64,000 nucleotides of DNA from Paraspadella gotoi (taxonomy: Eukaryota > Animalia > Chaetognatha). The DNA lies in contig CM119271.1 of the NCBI GenBank assembly GCA_051294375.1, positions 180,721 to 244,720 on the forward strand, written 5' to 3'. Below the pieces are notes generated by a model, which was not told where the DNA came from, did not search any database, and worked only from the letters and a program-made list of their open reading frames with translations. Position 1 is the stretch's first letter; each line of letters starts with the position of its first letter. This document shows, piece after piece, positions 23,537 through 36,600 of this stretch. Both the position numbers and the translations under genes were made by a program.

Positions 23537-24397
23537 CCCCAAACAATACAAACAAAATATTTTTTGTACTTTTTAATCATACAATTTCACATCTAAATAT
23601 CGCTGTTTGTTCACTCAAATAAAATTTATGTTCCCAAGTGCTCCACTCTATTGAAGTTGCATGGTTCATCGTTTTACTTCCAATTTTCCCAAATTATTCA
23701 AAATCTGACTTGAACTGCTTATGTTCATAAAGCTGAAAATTAAGTAAATTAATATTTTTGTGGTAATAAATATATTTTTGTGGAAGTGTAAACGTCTATG
23801 CAACTGTTCAAAACAAAAAAATTGAAAAAAATTTTTGACCATTTTTTCCCCTTTGGGGCGACCTCTCCGGGGCCCCATATCTCAGCTCAGGGGTCAAATA
23901 TTGAAATTCGCCTCGATAGTTCTATTTGTATTCAGATAGGGATCGTTCATACCAAATTTCAACAAATTTGGTCAAGTAATTTTTTCGGAACGGGTTCTGG
24001 TCAAAAAAGGGGTACCTCATTTTATAAGATGAAGCCTTCTGTATGTTACATATAAGACAAAAAAATTGGAGAGGTAAATTTTTTTAAAAAAATACCATGG
24101 AGTGTCAATTCGTTCGCGACGTGAAAGCGTAAAAAGATTTTTATAGTTTTCAATGTGAAGATGAAAGACTGAAGATGTAACAAACAAAAATAAGCACAAA
24201 TCGCCATTTTTCCAAATTCCATATTCACGCGAGCGAATTAACTCTCCAGAAATTACAAGATAAACTAGAATCTACGCTTAATAAAAAGGAAGAAATTATG
24301 TTTACAAAAATAAATTTTAACTATACACCCCATAGCCATGTTACATAAAAAAAATCACCCAAACGTGAAACAACCAAAAAAAGGACAGGAGAAGAGA

Positions 24398-24991
24398 AAA
24401 ACAAGTTTGAGCAAACAATGCCGGATCTGCCCACGATCAGCAGTAAGCAGCTGATCAGATAATTAATTAATCAATTAATTAATATTAATAATTTTTATTT
24501 GTGTCAAAATCGTTTTCCTCTTTGTCTCGCCTCTCAATCACAAAACAATCTAGATCATAAAATTAATTGATTATTTAATTAATACTTAATAATTAATCAT
24601 TAATAATTAATTAAATAATTAATTTACGTTTAATATAAAAACGAAAAAAGCATAATCAAATAGTGATATAGATTTTTTTTTTTCATTTTCACTTGGACGA
24701 TTCCATCGAAACTTTATTTCCTGCTCAATCACACACTTTCTGAGCTACAAAATTTCAAGTCAATCGCCCCATACAATCATGAGTAATTGGCGTTCAGTGC
24801 TTAGGGGGGGACGGACGGACGGACGGACGGACATCATTTTTTTTGCATAATTTCCTATAATTCGATGTTCTAAGATGATATAAGTGATTTACCGACAAGA
24901 TAATGGGTGGCGACCGACAGACCGACAAAGTGAATTATAGCGCCGAGATCTGCTTTAAGCAGATCCGGCTTTAAGCAGATCCGGCTAAAAA
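24398..24991 (+). mobile_element. HINE/DINE-1-like element, family B, with (GGAC)n; copy at 60065-60895, end fragments at ~17945-18005 and ~27228-27320
   Basis: Subterminal repeat cggatctgc/gcagatccg, terminal hairpin gatctgctttaagcagatc, ggacggacggac microsatellite, shared gaccgacaaagt..attatag block. Confidence 0.65.
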
Positions 24992-26034
24992 CGTAGAAAT
25001 ATAGCACAAATTTACAAAACACTAAAGATACCGCCAGAATGCGAGGGACGTCTGTAAAGGTAGTAGCCCGGCTCAAAATCTACAGAGTCATAGCCAAAAA
25101 AAAAAGCAGAATAAAAAAAAATGGTTAATTGGCGGATGAAAAAAGACCATAAGCTTCGCGCACCTGACTTGTTTCTGTAGAAAACGCTGTCAGTGTCTGA
25201 CAGAGACAGAGAGAAAAAAAGAGCGAGAGAAAAGAAAAACTAGATAGAGAAGACGTTCGAAAGTTCGGCGGTTCATTAATAATGATAGATTTTTTAAATT
25301 AATTTTTTTTTTTAAATTTTCATTCAACCATTTAATGACATTTTAAATATTAGTACCTATCGCTAAAACATCTCGCTCTCACTGAAACCCCCATTCCTTC
25401 CCTCCCCCCTCCCAAAACTCTTCACAATCCACATCCCCATCCTGCGCAAGCGCAAATCAGATGAAAAAAAGGTCTCGGTTTCCTAACCTGATAACCGACT
25501 CTGAAAACTTTGAACGCTTTTTTTGCGATCGTATTTGTCGCCTTTTTTGTTTATTTTAAAAATAGGCGACATAAAAATAAGATGCAGGAGTGGAAGAATG
25601 GGTTGGGGTAGGACAACGAGCAAAACGAGAGGGTGGGCGGTAAGGTAATAAAGCGAGCGTTGGGTAGAACGGGGAAGGAAAAGACGTTAAGGTAACGTGC
25701 ATTGGGGCTGCAAAGCTTCGAAGATTCGCTCCACCCAATAGATGTCCGTCCTAATATAAATGTTTATTTTCATGATGGAGTGGCAGTACATTAAAAAGCT
25801 ACTTTATCAAGAAAATAAACATATATATTATCATTTTACTAGTGTAAGTGATGACTAAAAAGCGAACCTTCATTTTTTTTCATAAAACTAGAAAAAAATC
25901 AAAATAAATGCCAACAAAAACCGCACATCCAAACTTGGGATGTTCGCGACGTCGTTATTCTTTGTGTCCACCGTGAGTCCAAGTTGTTCCCATATTCTTT
26001 TCCCACCAGCCCCTCCGACAACCCCTTCTCTTAC

Positions 26035-26161
26035 CCGGAGAGTAATCCGGGTTGGTCGGCTTGGAGATGGTCGCTCCCTTGCGGTTGAGAGTGGACGCCT
26101 TCCAGGCCTCCAAGCTGCTCATCGTCCCCGATTTGGCCGTCGACTGCGGGGGCTGAAGATG
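26035..26161 (-). CDS. Gene X exon (HLQPPQSTAKSGTMSSLEAWKAS...DYSP)
   Basis: tctccctgCAG acceptor, GTAAGA donor, phase 0-1. Confidence 0.8.
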
Positions 26162-26478
26162 CTGCAGGGAGAGAAAATAAAGCCTTTCGTTATCATCCTG
26201 TCACGTGTCGGAAAGTATTTAATAATTTATCAAATAACTTTTAAGAATCTCAACAACCAATACCAACTAGAAAAAGTTTATAACTTAATTATTCTAACGT
26301 CATTACAAGCGTAGTAAATCTAAGTTGAATAATAAGTTGAATAATAATAACATGTTTTTGCACTGATGTCCTCTTAAGTGAAAATCATTAAATTAAAGTT
26401 TATAGATTTTCATTTTCAATATTGATGGTTATTCAAATCATAAAATCAAAACAAACCAAATCAAACATTTCATATCAC

Positions 26479-26994
26479 CGTTGATGGGGCGTGGGACGCC
26501 TGATTCGGCGATGATGTCATCAGCAGCCCGCCCCCAGCCGCGCGGCCGCCGCCGGCGACTCGAACCGCCCCTCGGCCGCCGCCAGCGTTGGCCTGGACGC
26601 CGTAGCCGGACGACGACGAGGCGGTCTGACCGGCGTAGCGGCCCGTATGGCCGCCGGCGGCGCTCTGAACGTAATGTTGCTGCTGCATTTGTTGCTGCTG
26701 TTGTTGGGCTTGTCCACGATAGGACTGCTGTTGCGCTTGTTGCGCCTGCTGCGAATATTGGGCTTGCTGGGCGGCGGCTGCGGCAGCCGCTACGGCGCCG
26801 CCTCTGCCCTGCTGCTGCTGCTGAGGCGCCTGCGAATCGGTCGAATATTTAATGGGAGTCGGCTTCACCAAATTCCCCGTCGTCGTCTGAGGAGTTTGGG
26901 TGAGATGCAGGGCGGGAGGCTGGACGATGGTTTGGTACTGCGGTAGTAGTGGGGGTGGTGGGGGGAGAATTAGCGTTGCTTGGATCAGAGTAGC
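26479..26994 (-). CDS. Gene X Pro/Gln/Ala/Gly-rich exon
   Basis: Open for 516 nt, including ORF 26470..26871; CAG acceptor, GTGATA donor, phase 0-0. Confidence 0.75.
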
Positions 26995-27835
26995 CTGTTC
27001 AAATTTGGGGGAACGATGGTTTGTTTATTGAATAAATTAATACTTATTAAATTGGTTGTACCTATTTTATGACAGTCAGCTCATATTGTTATGCTTGTGC
27101 TTCATACAATATATAATATATAAATATATGCGATTTTATTCGAATACAACAAGGTTGATTCAGTACAATCATCATCAATATAGTATTCCCCGATCTTACT
27201 ATTAGACTAAGAGAGTCTAGTGCGATGTTTTTAGTTGCTGCGCGAGTACTCGCGGAGAAACTCTAAGTCACTTTTTGGTCGGTCGGTCGGTATGTCTGTC
27301 CGTCAGTCTGTCCCACTTATGTTTCAAATACTTCATATTTGGTTCATATAAGACCTTTATTATGCATTTGTATCATACTTGTGCAGTCATTTGTGCAATT
27401 GTGTAATCATTTAAATATAAAATACAATCATTTTAATTAATATTTGGCAGACTAGTAAAATATTATTAAAAGCTTCTTGAGAATCTTTTTCAAGCTTGTT
27501 TAATCACGTGATCACAAAGAAAATGCGGTATATTTCTTGTAATGACGGGTTATTTGAATTGAAACTGTGCAGAGAAATGCAGAGACGTTTATTATATATG
27601 AATTTCATAGTTATATAGTCACGTGATCACAGGGAGATACAAGTGGAAAGAAAGTCACTGCGGCGCAACATATAGGATGGACCGATCTTGTTATCTTGTA
27701 AGAGGGATGGTGGCCCTAGGCCATAACCAACCATAACCTGTCCGTCCAAAGTCCGGGGTAACAAAGCTTACTTTTTGAATAAATGAATAATTGTATATAG
27801 TACCAATTTCATATCCTATAACATCAACATCATAC

Positions 27836-27938
27836 CTGAACGGCGCCTTCGTTCAAGAGTCCGCCAACGTCGTATTCTCTGACGCCCGACGTGTAGGCAG
27901 CGTCCGACTCTTCCTCCACGCCATTCACGTACTTTCCA
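27836..27938 (-). CDS. Gene X exon (GKYVNGVEEESDAAYTSGVREYDVGGLLNEGAVQ)
   Basis: cttTAG acceptor, CAG|GTATGA donor, phase 2-0. Confidence 0.8.
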
Positions 27939-28123
27939 CTAAAGGATTATAAGGAAAAATCTGAGCCCTTTATCTCTACGTAAATATTTCTCTGTCTCTT
28001 TGTTTCATGTCGAATGCCTAAATTCTTAAACTTAAATGTAATGAAGTGGCTTTTTATGGCCTATTGATTTATTTTGTGCCTAAAGCCCCATTGAATAAAT
28101 TCCAATTCTCTCTCTCCACGCAC

Positions 28124-28299
28124 CTCTTGCCGATTCTCTCCTCGGCCGTGACGGCCCTGTTATTGGCGATGACGGTTTTCGACGAGTGACTCGCGAAGTT
28201 GTAGGCGGAAGTGGAATTGGAGTTGGCGCCATCGCCGCTCCCGCCGCTCATGCCGCCCAGCGTCGAGAGGAAAAGACTCTGCTGCGCCTTTGCTGGATT
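28124..28299 (-). CDS. Gene X exon (NPAKAQQSLFLSTLGGMSGG...EERIGK)
   Basis: CAG acceptor after pyrimidine tract, GTGCGT donor, phase 0-2. Confidence 0.75.
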
Positions 28300-28442
28300 C
28301 TGCGTAGGCGAGGAAGAAGTAGGCGACTATTCGGGATCGTCAAAGAATATTTATGGAAGCGCAACAACGACAACAACAACGAAAAACATTTGATATTCTC
28401 CTCAAATTTTCTTCCTTCGCCCACCTATCTACGCCCACCAAC

Positions 28443-28644
28443 CTGCAGGTGCATGTCGTCGCCTTCGTCGTCGCTGGCGCCGATGGTGGCGACGGCGGAA
28501 GAGGCGAACTTAGAGGAGGCGGATTTGGTGACTGAGGATGAGTAGGAGGAGGAGGTGTGGGAAGAGGAGGTCATGGACATGGAGGCCATCTTGGAAGCCG
28601 TCGACGACATCATGGCCGAGGAGTCGTTGTCGCCGGAGAAGGAT
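28443..28644 (-). CDS. Gene X Ser-rich exon (SFSGDNDSSAMMSSTAS...DDMHLQ)
   Basis: CAG acceptor, CAG|GTTGGT donor, phase 2-0. Confidence 0.75.
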
Positions 28645-29499
28645 CTGTGTTATTTGAGGTGGAGGAGAAGGAGAGGGAAGAGGAAAGAGCTCGGTTAAAT
28701 ACGAACGAACATCAACATCAACAAGTGTGCAATGACAAAAACCCAAAAAGTGCTCCGTGAATACGGTCATGCTTCGTGACGTGATTACCATGCTACCTTA
28801 TACTTGGTGACGTGAACGACGTGCCACTAAGCAAATCTAGAACACATTAGTGGAGGTTGTATCCTTTTTCAATTAGCCGAAAGGGTTGTGACTCTGCCNN
28901 NNNNNNNNAAAACACGAGAATCGTTTCTTGTTTTTATTTGAAATTTCTAAATAGTTCAGTCTTTTTTCTTTTTTTGTTTTCAGTCGATAAGAGGGAAAGG
29001 AAAAAGGGGAAAACCTAATCGAGGAACTAGACGAATGAGTCTACGTGTGTGGCGCCTCTTTCATCGATCCGAGAATCGTCTCAGGGCTTTGGAGTGTCTC
29101 TCCTCTCTCTCTCTCTCTCGATAGTATTTACGGCTTCCAGGAAAAAACTCTTGTACGAGCTCCAAATTCAAATTAACAAGTGTGGGTTTAAATTGTAAAA
29201 TTTACGAGACAATGAAAATGAAAACAAAAAAACGGTGAAAATGAATAGTAAAAGTCGTTGGGGAATTGACAAAAAAGAAAAAAAAAAAAAAAACACGGGC
29301 GCCGGTCAGCCAATAGTGAACAACTAAAACATTTCGATCCATAACACTCAGAGAGAGAGAGAGAGATGTTCGCGATCACCATAACCTCAAAAAAATTTAA
29401 ATTCACATTTTTCACGTGTCCACGGAAAAACAAAAGGGAGAAAACAAAAAGAATAAAAACAAAACAAAACCGAAACAAAAACTGAGGAAAAAAACAAAC

Positions 29500-29766
29500 C
29501 TTTCGTCGATCAAGATCGACTTATCATCGAAAAGATTTCTGCGCACGGCAGATATCCCTTTTCTCCTCCCATCATCGCCCGAGGCTTCCGCCCCCGCGCG
29601 CCCGTCGGGCACACCCCCAATATTTTCGTCTACGCCCCGACTCAAATCGATGAGCAGCCGCTCGTAACGCGAGAGCTCCTCGACCGTTTCCGCTCGACTC
29701 GTATGGGTCGAGCGGCCGAGGTCGCGGAGCAGACGGTCGACTTCCGTCTGCCGCCGATCGAACGAC
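29500..29766 (-). CDS. Gene X exon (SFDRRQTEVDRLLRDLG...KSILIDER)
   Basis: AAG acceptor, AG|GTTTGT donor, 267 nt, phase 2-2, GC-rich open frame. Confidence 0.7.
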
Positions 29767-30301
29767 CTTTGGGTTTTTTGTTTATTTATTTTTGTTATTA
29801 TTTGTTTTGTTTTGGAGACGAGGCGCGAAGAGAGATGAAAACCGAAGAGGAAATAAAAAAGGGAAGCGAAACTAGTGGGTTAGCGGAGTTAGAGGACGAA
29901 GCACCGAAATGGTGTTAATTATAACCGGTATCCCGTTTTTTATACGTAGTGCGATTATTTATATTAAACTACCGGGAATACTGTGTATACGCAGAGTATT
30001 GTATAATTCATGATCGTCCGTAAGAACTAGTAGTTATAAAATATTACCATTAACCAGTATTTTCGGTAGAACGAGCGGAACGAGAGCAAAAGTTTAGAAA
30101 CAAATGTTAATATAACTTTGGGTATACATTATACAATCGTTTAAGGAATTATTATTTTTATACGCTAACAAACCGCTCGTTCCACCCGTCAGGACTGTAT
30201 TTGTGCTGCATAATGATTTTTTCCCAAAGACGGAAACTGCTGCCTTCAAAAAACACCGAATGGGAGATTCAGTTCCGGGCGCTAAATATAACTAAACGGA
30301 C

Positions 30302-30424
30302 CTCAGCGTATTTTTCAGCGCCAACTGTTGGGTATTTTGTGTCTGCTCTCTGGGCGTGTCCTCGTCATCGTCGCTGTCGACGGCGTTGCTGGCGATTTTT
30401 GACTTTTTCCCTCTTTTCTTGGGT
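30302..30424 (-). CDS. Gene X exon, basic/acidic module copy 2 (PKKRGKKSKIASNAVDSDDDEDTPREQTQNTQQLALKNTLR)
   Basis: Phase 2-2; protein-level similarity to exon 41385-41504. Confidence 0.75.
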
Positions 30425-32694
30425 CTTCGCACCAGAGAGTGAGAAAGGCGCGAGAGATAAAGTTATTTTGTTGAATGGTTTTATTTTAGTTTAAAGAGAA
30501 ATAAAGAAAGGCAGAGATAAGTCGAGAGAAAAAAATCTTAAAAGCATAAGGATTGTCGCAATCGCATAAGAAAAATTTGGATTGACGACAAATTTTGATA
30601 CTAAAAAAATCAAATGTGAGAAAAATAAAAAAAAATAAATAAATAAAGAATAAAAAATATAAAACGGTAAAATAACTTATTTTTGAGTTTAATTTTTAGC
30701 AAGTGCTAAGTCTGGAAAAACATTATTGAAGGTACTTTTGTTTTACTTTTAGCCCGCATAAGCGAGCAGTTTGATCAAATGCGACCTCTCTAAACACTGT
30801 CAACATTCCCAGACAAAAGAAAGTGAAACTTGAATCAGACTGACGAAGTGAAGTAAATACAAAAGTGAAGTAAAATGAAGTAAAGTGAAATAAAATAATA
30901 ATATAAATATACATTTAAAAAAAATATTATTCTGATTGATATTTAGATTATTTAGAAAAAAAATCCACGAAAATCTCGGATGTAAATTTAGGAATAAATG
31001 GCAATAATAAAAGTTTTTAGAAGGAAAAAATTAATCAGAGAGAGAGAGAGAGAGAAAGAAGCCAAATTGTTTTCAGCAGAGGCACCCAGAAAAGAAAAAA
31101 ATCAAAAGGCAGCAGCAGAAGCAGCAGGAGAAAAGAGAAAAAGAAAGAGCCCCTGCAGAGCCAGCTGCAGAGAAAAAAATCAAAATGCAGCAGCAGAAGC
31201 AGCAGGAGAAAAGAGAGAAAAAGAATAAGCCCCTGCAGAGCCAGCTGCGGACTCGTTTTTTTTCCCTTTCTCTATGAATCAGTGACAAGGGAAAAGAGAG
31301 AGGGAGAGAGACATGTAATTAAAAGAGAAGAGAGAGAGAAAGAAATATAAAAATAAAACAGAAAATTTGTTTGTTTTGATAAAATATAAACAAAACATAT
31401 TTAATAACTGTCCAGACTCAATTTTAAGCACATTGATGATGAGAAGCTGTATATAAATTTTTAGCTTCATACACCCAAATTTAATTATAAAACAGGCGAT
31501 CTATAATTTGGAACGCCGACGACGACGACGCCGCCGCCACTTATGCGCAAAAGCGTTACAATATCATTGCAAACGCTTAGCGATTGCGACGATAAAAACA
31601 AATTTAAATATTTTAATCATCGGTTAAAATGCTAAAATTTATTTTCAATACTATGCTCAAATGTTCATCAAAAAGAAATTTATCAAAGAAAAAATCGTAT
31701 TAACAAAAACCAAAACAAATTATAAAAAAATCAACTAATGTTGGAGTTGGTAAAGTAAGTTAAGCGGAATTAAAATTTTATAAATAAAATTTTTTGTTCC
31801 CTGTAATTTTAAAAAGGGACATTTCTTTGCTCTTCTGAATTTTATGCAAAATGTTAGCCTTTTTCAGCGAGACAATGAGAGAGAAAGAGAGAGATAGTAT
31901 AGAGAGAGATTGCTTGACTAGATTGAGAGAGGCAAATTAAAAGGAAATTGAAATTCAGTTAGTACAGTAAAAAACATTTAGTTAATGTAAATAAGTAAGC
32001 AGAAACGTGATTAAAATGCTTAACTATGAAATTAATAAATAATTATATTGTTAATAAATAACATTGAAATAAATGAAAGCGAAGGTGAAAATAGAAAGTT
32101 GAAAGTTTATATTTTTTAATATGGTAAAAATATAAGAAGAAGAAAGAGCTCTCTCTCTCTCTCTTTTTCTCTCTCTCTCTCATAATCATGAAATTGGTAC
32201 AACCAATATACGAAGAGATTATGCGCAATCATTTAATAAATAAGCTATCTTGCCCCTGAACTTTGACAGGCTTTGGTGGTTTAAGGCCTCCATCACTCTA
32301 ACAAGAATAATTACATAGCAGGTCCTTGCAAGCTTTCAATCAAGACTCTCTCACAGTCCCGTTTATTCACTCCCAGAGTACCTGGCTTCCCTACAATGAA
32401 GTGGAAAATATTTCAAAGAATGTTTCAATTGTATGAAAAGACCACTCCCTTAAGTATTAGATCGGGGAAATACTTATTTTAATCGGTGATTAACCGTTAA
32501 CCGTTTTAATCGGTTAAAACACCTAGGAGTCGAGAGAAAAACGATTGCTCGTCAGAGGCAACAGCGCTCCTCTAAAAAGATTAAACTGCAGCTCAGTCTC
32601 AGCCCAGCCTCAATAATTTCGAGACCGAAAATTTCGATCTTCGATCATCTGGGGATTTTTTATAAGTTAATGGCTTATCAATTATTAATGTAAA

Positions 32695-33290
32695 AATCTT
32701 AAAGATAGTGATCTCGCCAGACGTTACTATAAAAAGAAAATTAATGAAAAAAGCCGAAAAAAAGAATGATTGATGCGATTAGACGAATTATTGATGTAAT
32801 AATAATTTATTGATGTAATAGTAATTGAATTGATTGATGTAATAATAATTGATTGATTGATGTAATAATAATTGATTAATTGATGTAATAAATGAATTGA
32901 TTGATTGATGTAATAGTAATTGATTGATCGTGTAATAGTAATTGATTGATTGAGTGTAAAAGTATTGATTGATGCGACATGATAACCAATTATTGATGGA
33001 TAATAACCAATTATTGATACGATGAAACCAAATATTGATACAATGATAACCAAATATTAATGCGATGATGATCATTCATTGACGCGATGAGTCATTCATT
33101 GATGCGATGAGTCATTCATTGATGCGATGAGTCATTCATTGATGCGATGCAGTCATTCATTGATGCGATGAGTCCTTTCATCATAAATAAAACATGCGGG
33201 TAACTGAGGCGAGAGAGAGAGAAGCTGGACAGCCGCTGCAGAGCTGAAGCTCGTTTTTAGACCAATCAGAAGAAGCATCGATGGGAAAAA
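32695..33290 (+). mobile_element. HINE-like element, family C, with ATTG-rich and 20-22 bp agtcattcattgatgcgatg arrays; related copies at ~38695-39200, 46390-46710 and 52440-52730
   Basis: Start aaaatcttaaag.atagtgatctcgccagac; the 52440 copy shows the inverted subterminal gtctggcgagat plus a hairpin. Confidence 0.55.
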
Positions 33291-33606
33291 ATAGAGAGAT
33301 AGCGACATACTATCTAGGAAAAAAGTATAGAACATTTTTAATAAAGGATATCAATTCGAAAACTTGTTTAAATCAGAATATTTCCGGATCTACATTAAAT
33401 TTTTTTTCAGTAGCTTCCTTTCATTTTTTTTGTAGGTCAAATCGTTTAGAAGTATAGGCCAAAAATATTGTTACTTCAAATGAAAAATGTTAAAAAAAAT
33501 CACATTTTTGTATTTAGTTATATTTTAATTTCAAATAATTATTTTTTTATTTTTTTTTAAGTTGGCAACGCTAAAAGCCTTNNNNNNNNNNNNNNNNNNN
33601 NNNNNN

Positions 33607-36600
33607 ACTTGTCCACTAAAGGATATAAGGAAAAATTCGAGCCCTTTATCTCTACGTAAATATTTCTCTGTCTCTTTGTTTCACTGAATGCCTAAATTTT
33701 TAGACTTAAATGTAATGAAGTAGCTTTTATGGCTATTGTTTATTTTGTGCTAAGCCCCATTGAATAAATTCCAATTCTCTCTCTCTCTCTCTTCTTCTCT
33801 TCTCTCTCTTCTCTTCCTCTTCCACGCCACCTCTTGCCGATTCTCTCCTCGGCCGTGACGGCCCTGTTATTGGCGATGACGTTTTCGACGAGTGACTCGC
33901 GAAGTTGTAGGCGGAAGTGGAATTGGAGTTGGCGCCATCGCCGCTCCCGCCGCTCATGCCGCCCAGCGTCGAGAGGAAAAGACTCTGCTGCGCCTTTGCT
34001 GGATTCTGCGAAGGCAAGAAGAAGTAGGCGACTATTCGGATCGTCAAAGAATATTTATGGAAGCGCAACAACGACAACAACAACGAAAAACATTAGATAT
34101 TCTCCTCAAATTTTCTTCCTTCGCCCACCTATCTACGCCCACCAACCTGCAGGTGCATTGTCGTCTTCGTCGTCGCTGGCGCGATGGTGGCGACGCGGAA
34201 GAGGCGAACTTAGAGGAGGCGGATTTGGTGACGAGGATGAGTAGGAGAGGAGGTGTGGGAAGAGGAGGTCATGGACATGGGCCATCTTGGAAGCCGTCGA
34301 CGACATCATGGCCGAGGAGTCGTTGTCGCCGGAGAAGGATCTGTGTTATTTGAGGTGGAGGAGGAGGAGAGGGAAGAGAAAGAGCTCGGTTAAATACGAA
34401 CGAACATCAACATCAACAAGTGTGCAATGACAAAAACCCAAAAGTGCTCCGTGAATACGGTCATGCTTCGTGACGTGATTACCATGCTACCTTATACTTT
34501 GTCAGTGAACGACGTGCCACTAAGCAAATCTAGAACACATCAGTGGAGGTTGTATCCTTTTTCATTAGCCGAAAGGGTTGTGACTTCTGCCGACTCTTTA
34601 AAAAAAAAAAACCACAAAAGAAAACACGAGAATCGTTTCTTGTTTTTATTTAAATTTCTAAATAGTTCAGTCTTTTTTCTTTTTTGTTTTCAGTCGATAG
34701 AGGGAAAGGAAAAAGGGGAAAACCTAATCGAGGAACTAGACGAATGAGTCTACGTGTGTGGCGCCTCTTTCATCGATCCGAGAATCGTCTCAGGGCTTTG
34801 GAGTGTCTCTCCTCTCTCTCTCTCTCTCGCTCTCTCTCTCTCTCGATAGTATTTACGGCTTCCAGGAAAAAACTCTTGTACGAGCTCCAAATTCAAATTA
34901 AAAAGTGTGTTTAAATTGTAAAATTTACGAGACAATGAAAATGAAAACAAAAAAACGGTGAAAATGAATAGTAAAAGTCGTTGGGGAATTGACAAAAAAG
35001 AAAAAAAAAAAAACACGGGCGCCGGACAGCCAATAGTGAACAACTAAAACATTTCGATCCATAACACTCAGAGAGAGAGAGAGTGTTCGCGATCACCATA
35101 ACCTCAAAAAAATTTAAATCACATTTTTCACGAGTCCACGGAAAAACAAAAGGGAGAAAACAAAAAGAATAAAAACAAAACAAAACCGAAACAAAAACTG
35201 AGGAAAAAAACAAACCTTTCGTCGATCAAGATCGACTTATCATCGAAAAGATTTCTGCGCACGGCGGATATCCCTTTTCTCCTCCCATCATCGCCCGAGC
35301 TTCCGCCCCGCGCGCCCGTCGGGCACACCCCCAATATTTTCGTCTACGCCCCGACTCAAATCGAGGAGCAGCCGCTCGTAACGCGAGAGCTCCTCGACCG
35401 TTCCGCTCGACTCGTATGGGTCGAGCGGCCGAGGTCGCGGAGCAGACGGTCGACTTCCGTCTGCCGCCGATCGAACGACCTTTGGGTTTTTGTTTATTTA
35501 TTTTGTTATTATTTGTTTTGTTTTGGAGACGAGGCGCGAAGAGAGATGAAAACCGAAGAGGAAATAAAAAAGGGAAGCGAAACTAGTGGGTTAGCGGAGT
35601 TAGAGGACGAAGCACCGAAATGGTGTTAATTAATAACCGGTATCCCGTTTTTTATACGTAGTGCGATTATTTATATTAAACTACCGGGAATACTGTAAAG
35701 TGTATACGCAGAGTATTATAATTCATGATCGTCCGTAAGAACTAGTAGTTATAAAATATTACCATTAACCAGTATTTTCGGTAAAACGAGCGGAACGAGA
35801 GCAAAAGTTTAGAAACAAATGTTAATATAAACTTTGGGTATACATTATACAATCGTTTAAGGAATTATTATTTTTATACGCTAACAAACCGCTCGTTCCA
35901 CCCGTCAGGACTGTATTGTGCTGCATAATGATTTTTTCCCAAAGACGGAAACTGCTTGCCTTAAAAAAACACCGAATGGGAGATTCAGTTCCGGGCGCTA
36001 AATATAACTAAACGGACCTCAGCGTATTTTTAGCGCCAACTGTTGGGTATTTTGTGTCTGCTCTCTGGGCGTGTCCTCGTCATCGTCGCTGTCGACGGCG
36101 TTGCTGGCGATTTTTGACTTTTTCCCTCTTTTCTTGGGTCTTCGCACCAGAGAGTGAGAAAGGCGCGAGAGATAAAGTTATTTGTTGAATGGTTTTATTT
36201 TAGTTTAAAGAGAAATAAAGAAAGGCAAGAGATAAGTCGAGGAAAAAAATCTTAAAAGCATAAGGATCGTCGCAATCGCATAAGAAAAATTTGGATTGAC
36301 GACAAATTTTGATACTAAAAAATCAAATGTGAGAAAATAAAAAAATAAAAATAAAATTAAAAAAAATAAAAATAAAGAATAATAAATATAAAAAGTAAAA
36401 TAACTTATTTTGAGTTTAATTTTTAGCAAGTGCTAAGTCTGGAAAAACATTATTGAAGGTACTTTTGTTTTACTTTTAGCCCGCATAAGCGAGCAGTTTG
36501 ATCAAATGCGACCTCTCTAAACACTGTCAACATTCCCAGACAAAAGAAGTGAAACTTGAATCAGACTGACGAAGTGAAGTAAAGACTAAAGTGAAGTAAA

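Noticed and set aside
33830-36139. Pseudogenised paralogous exons
   Set aside because: The error pattern and 25-N gap favour unpolished long-read or haplotype duplication
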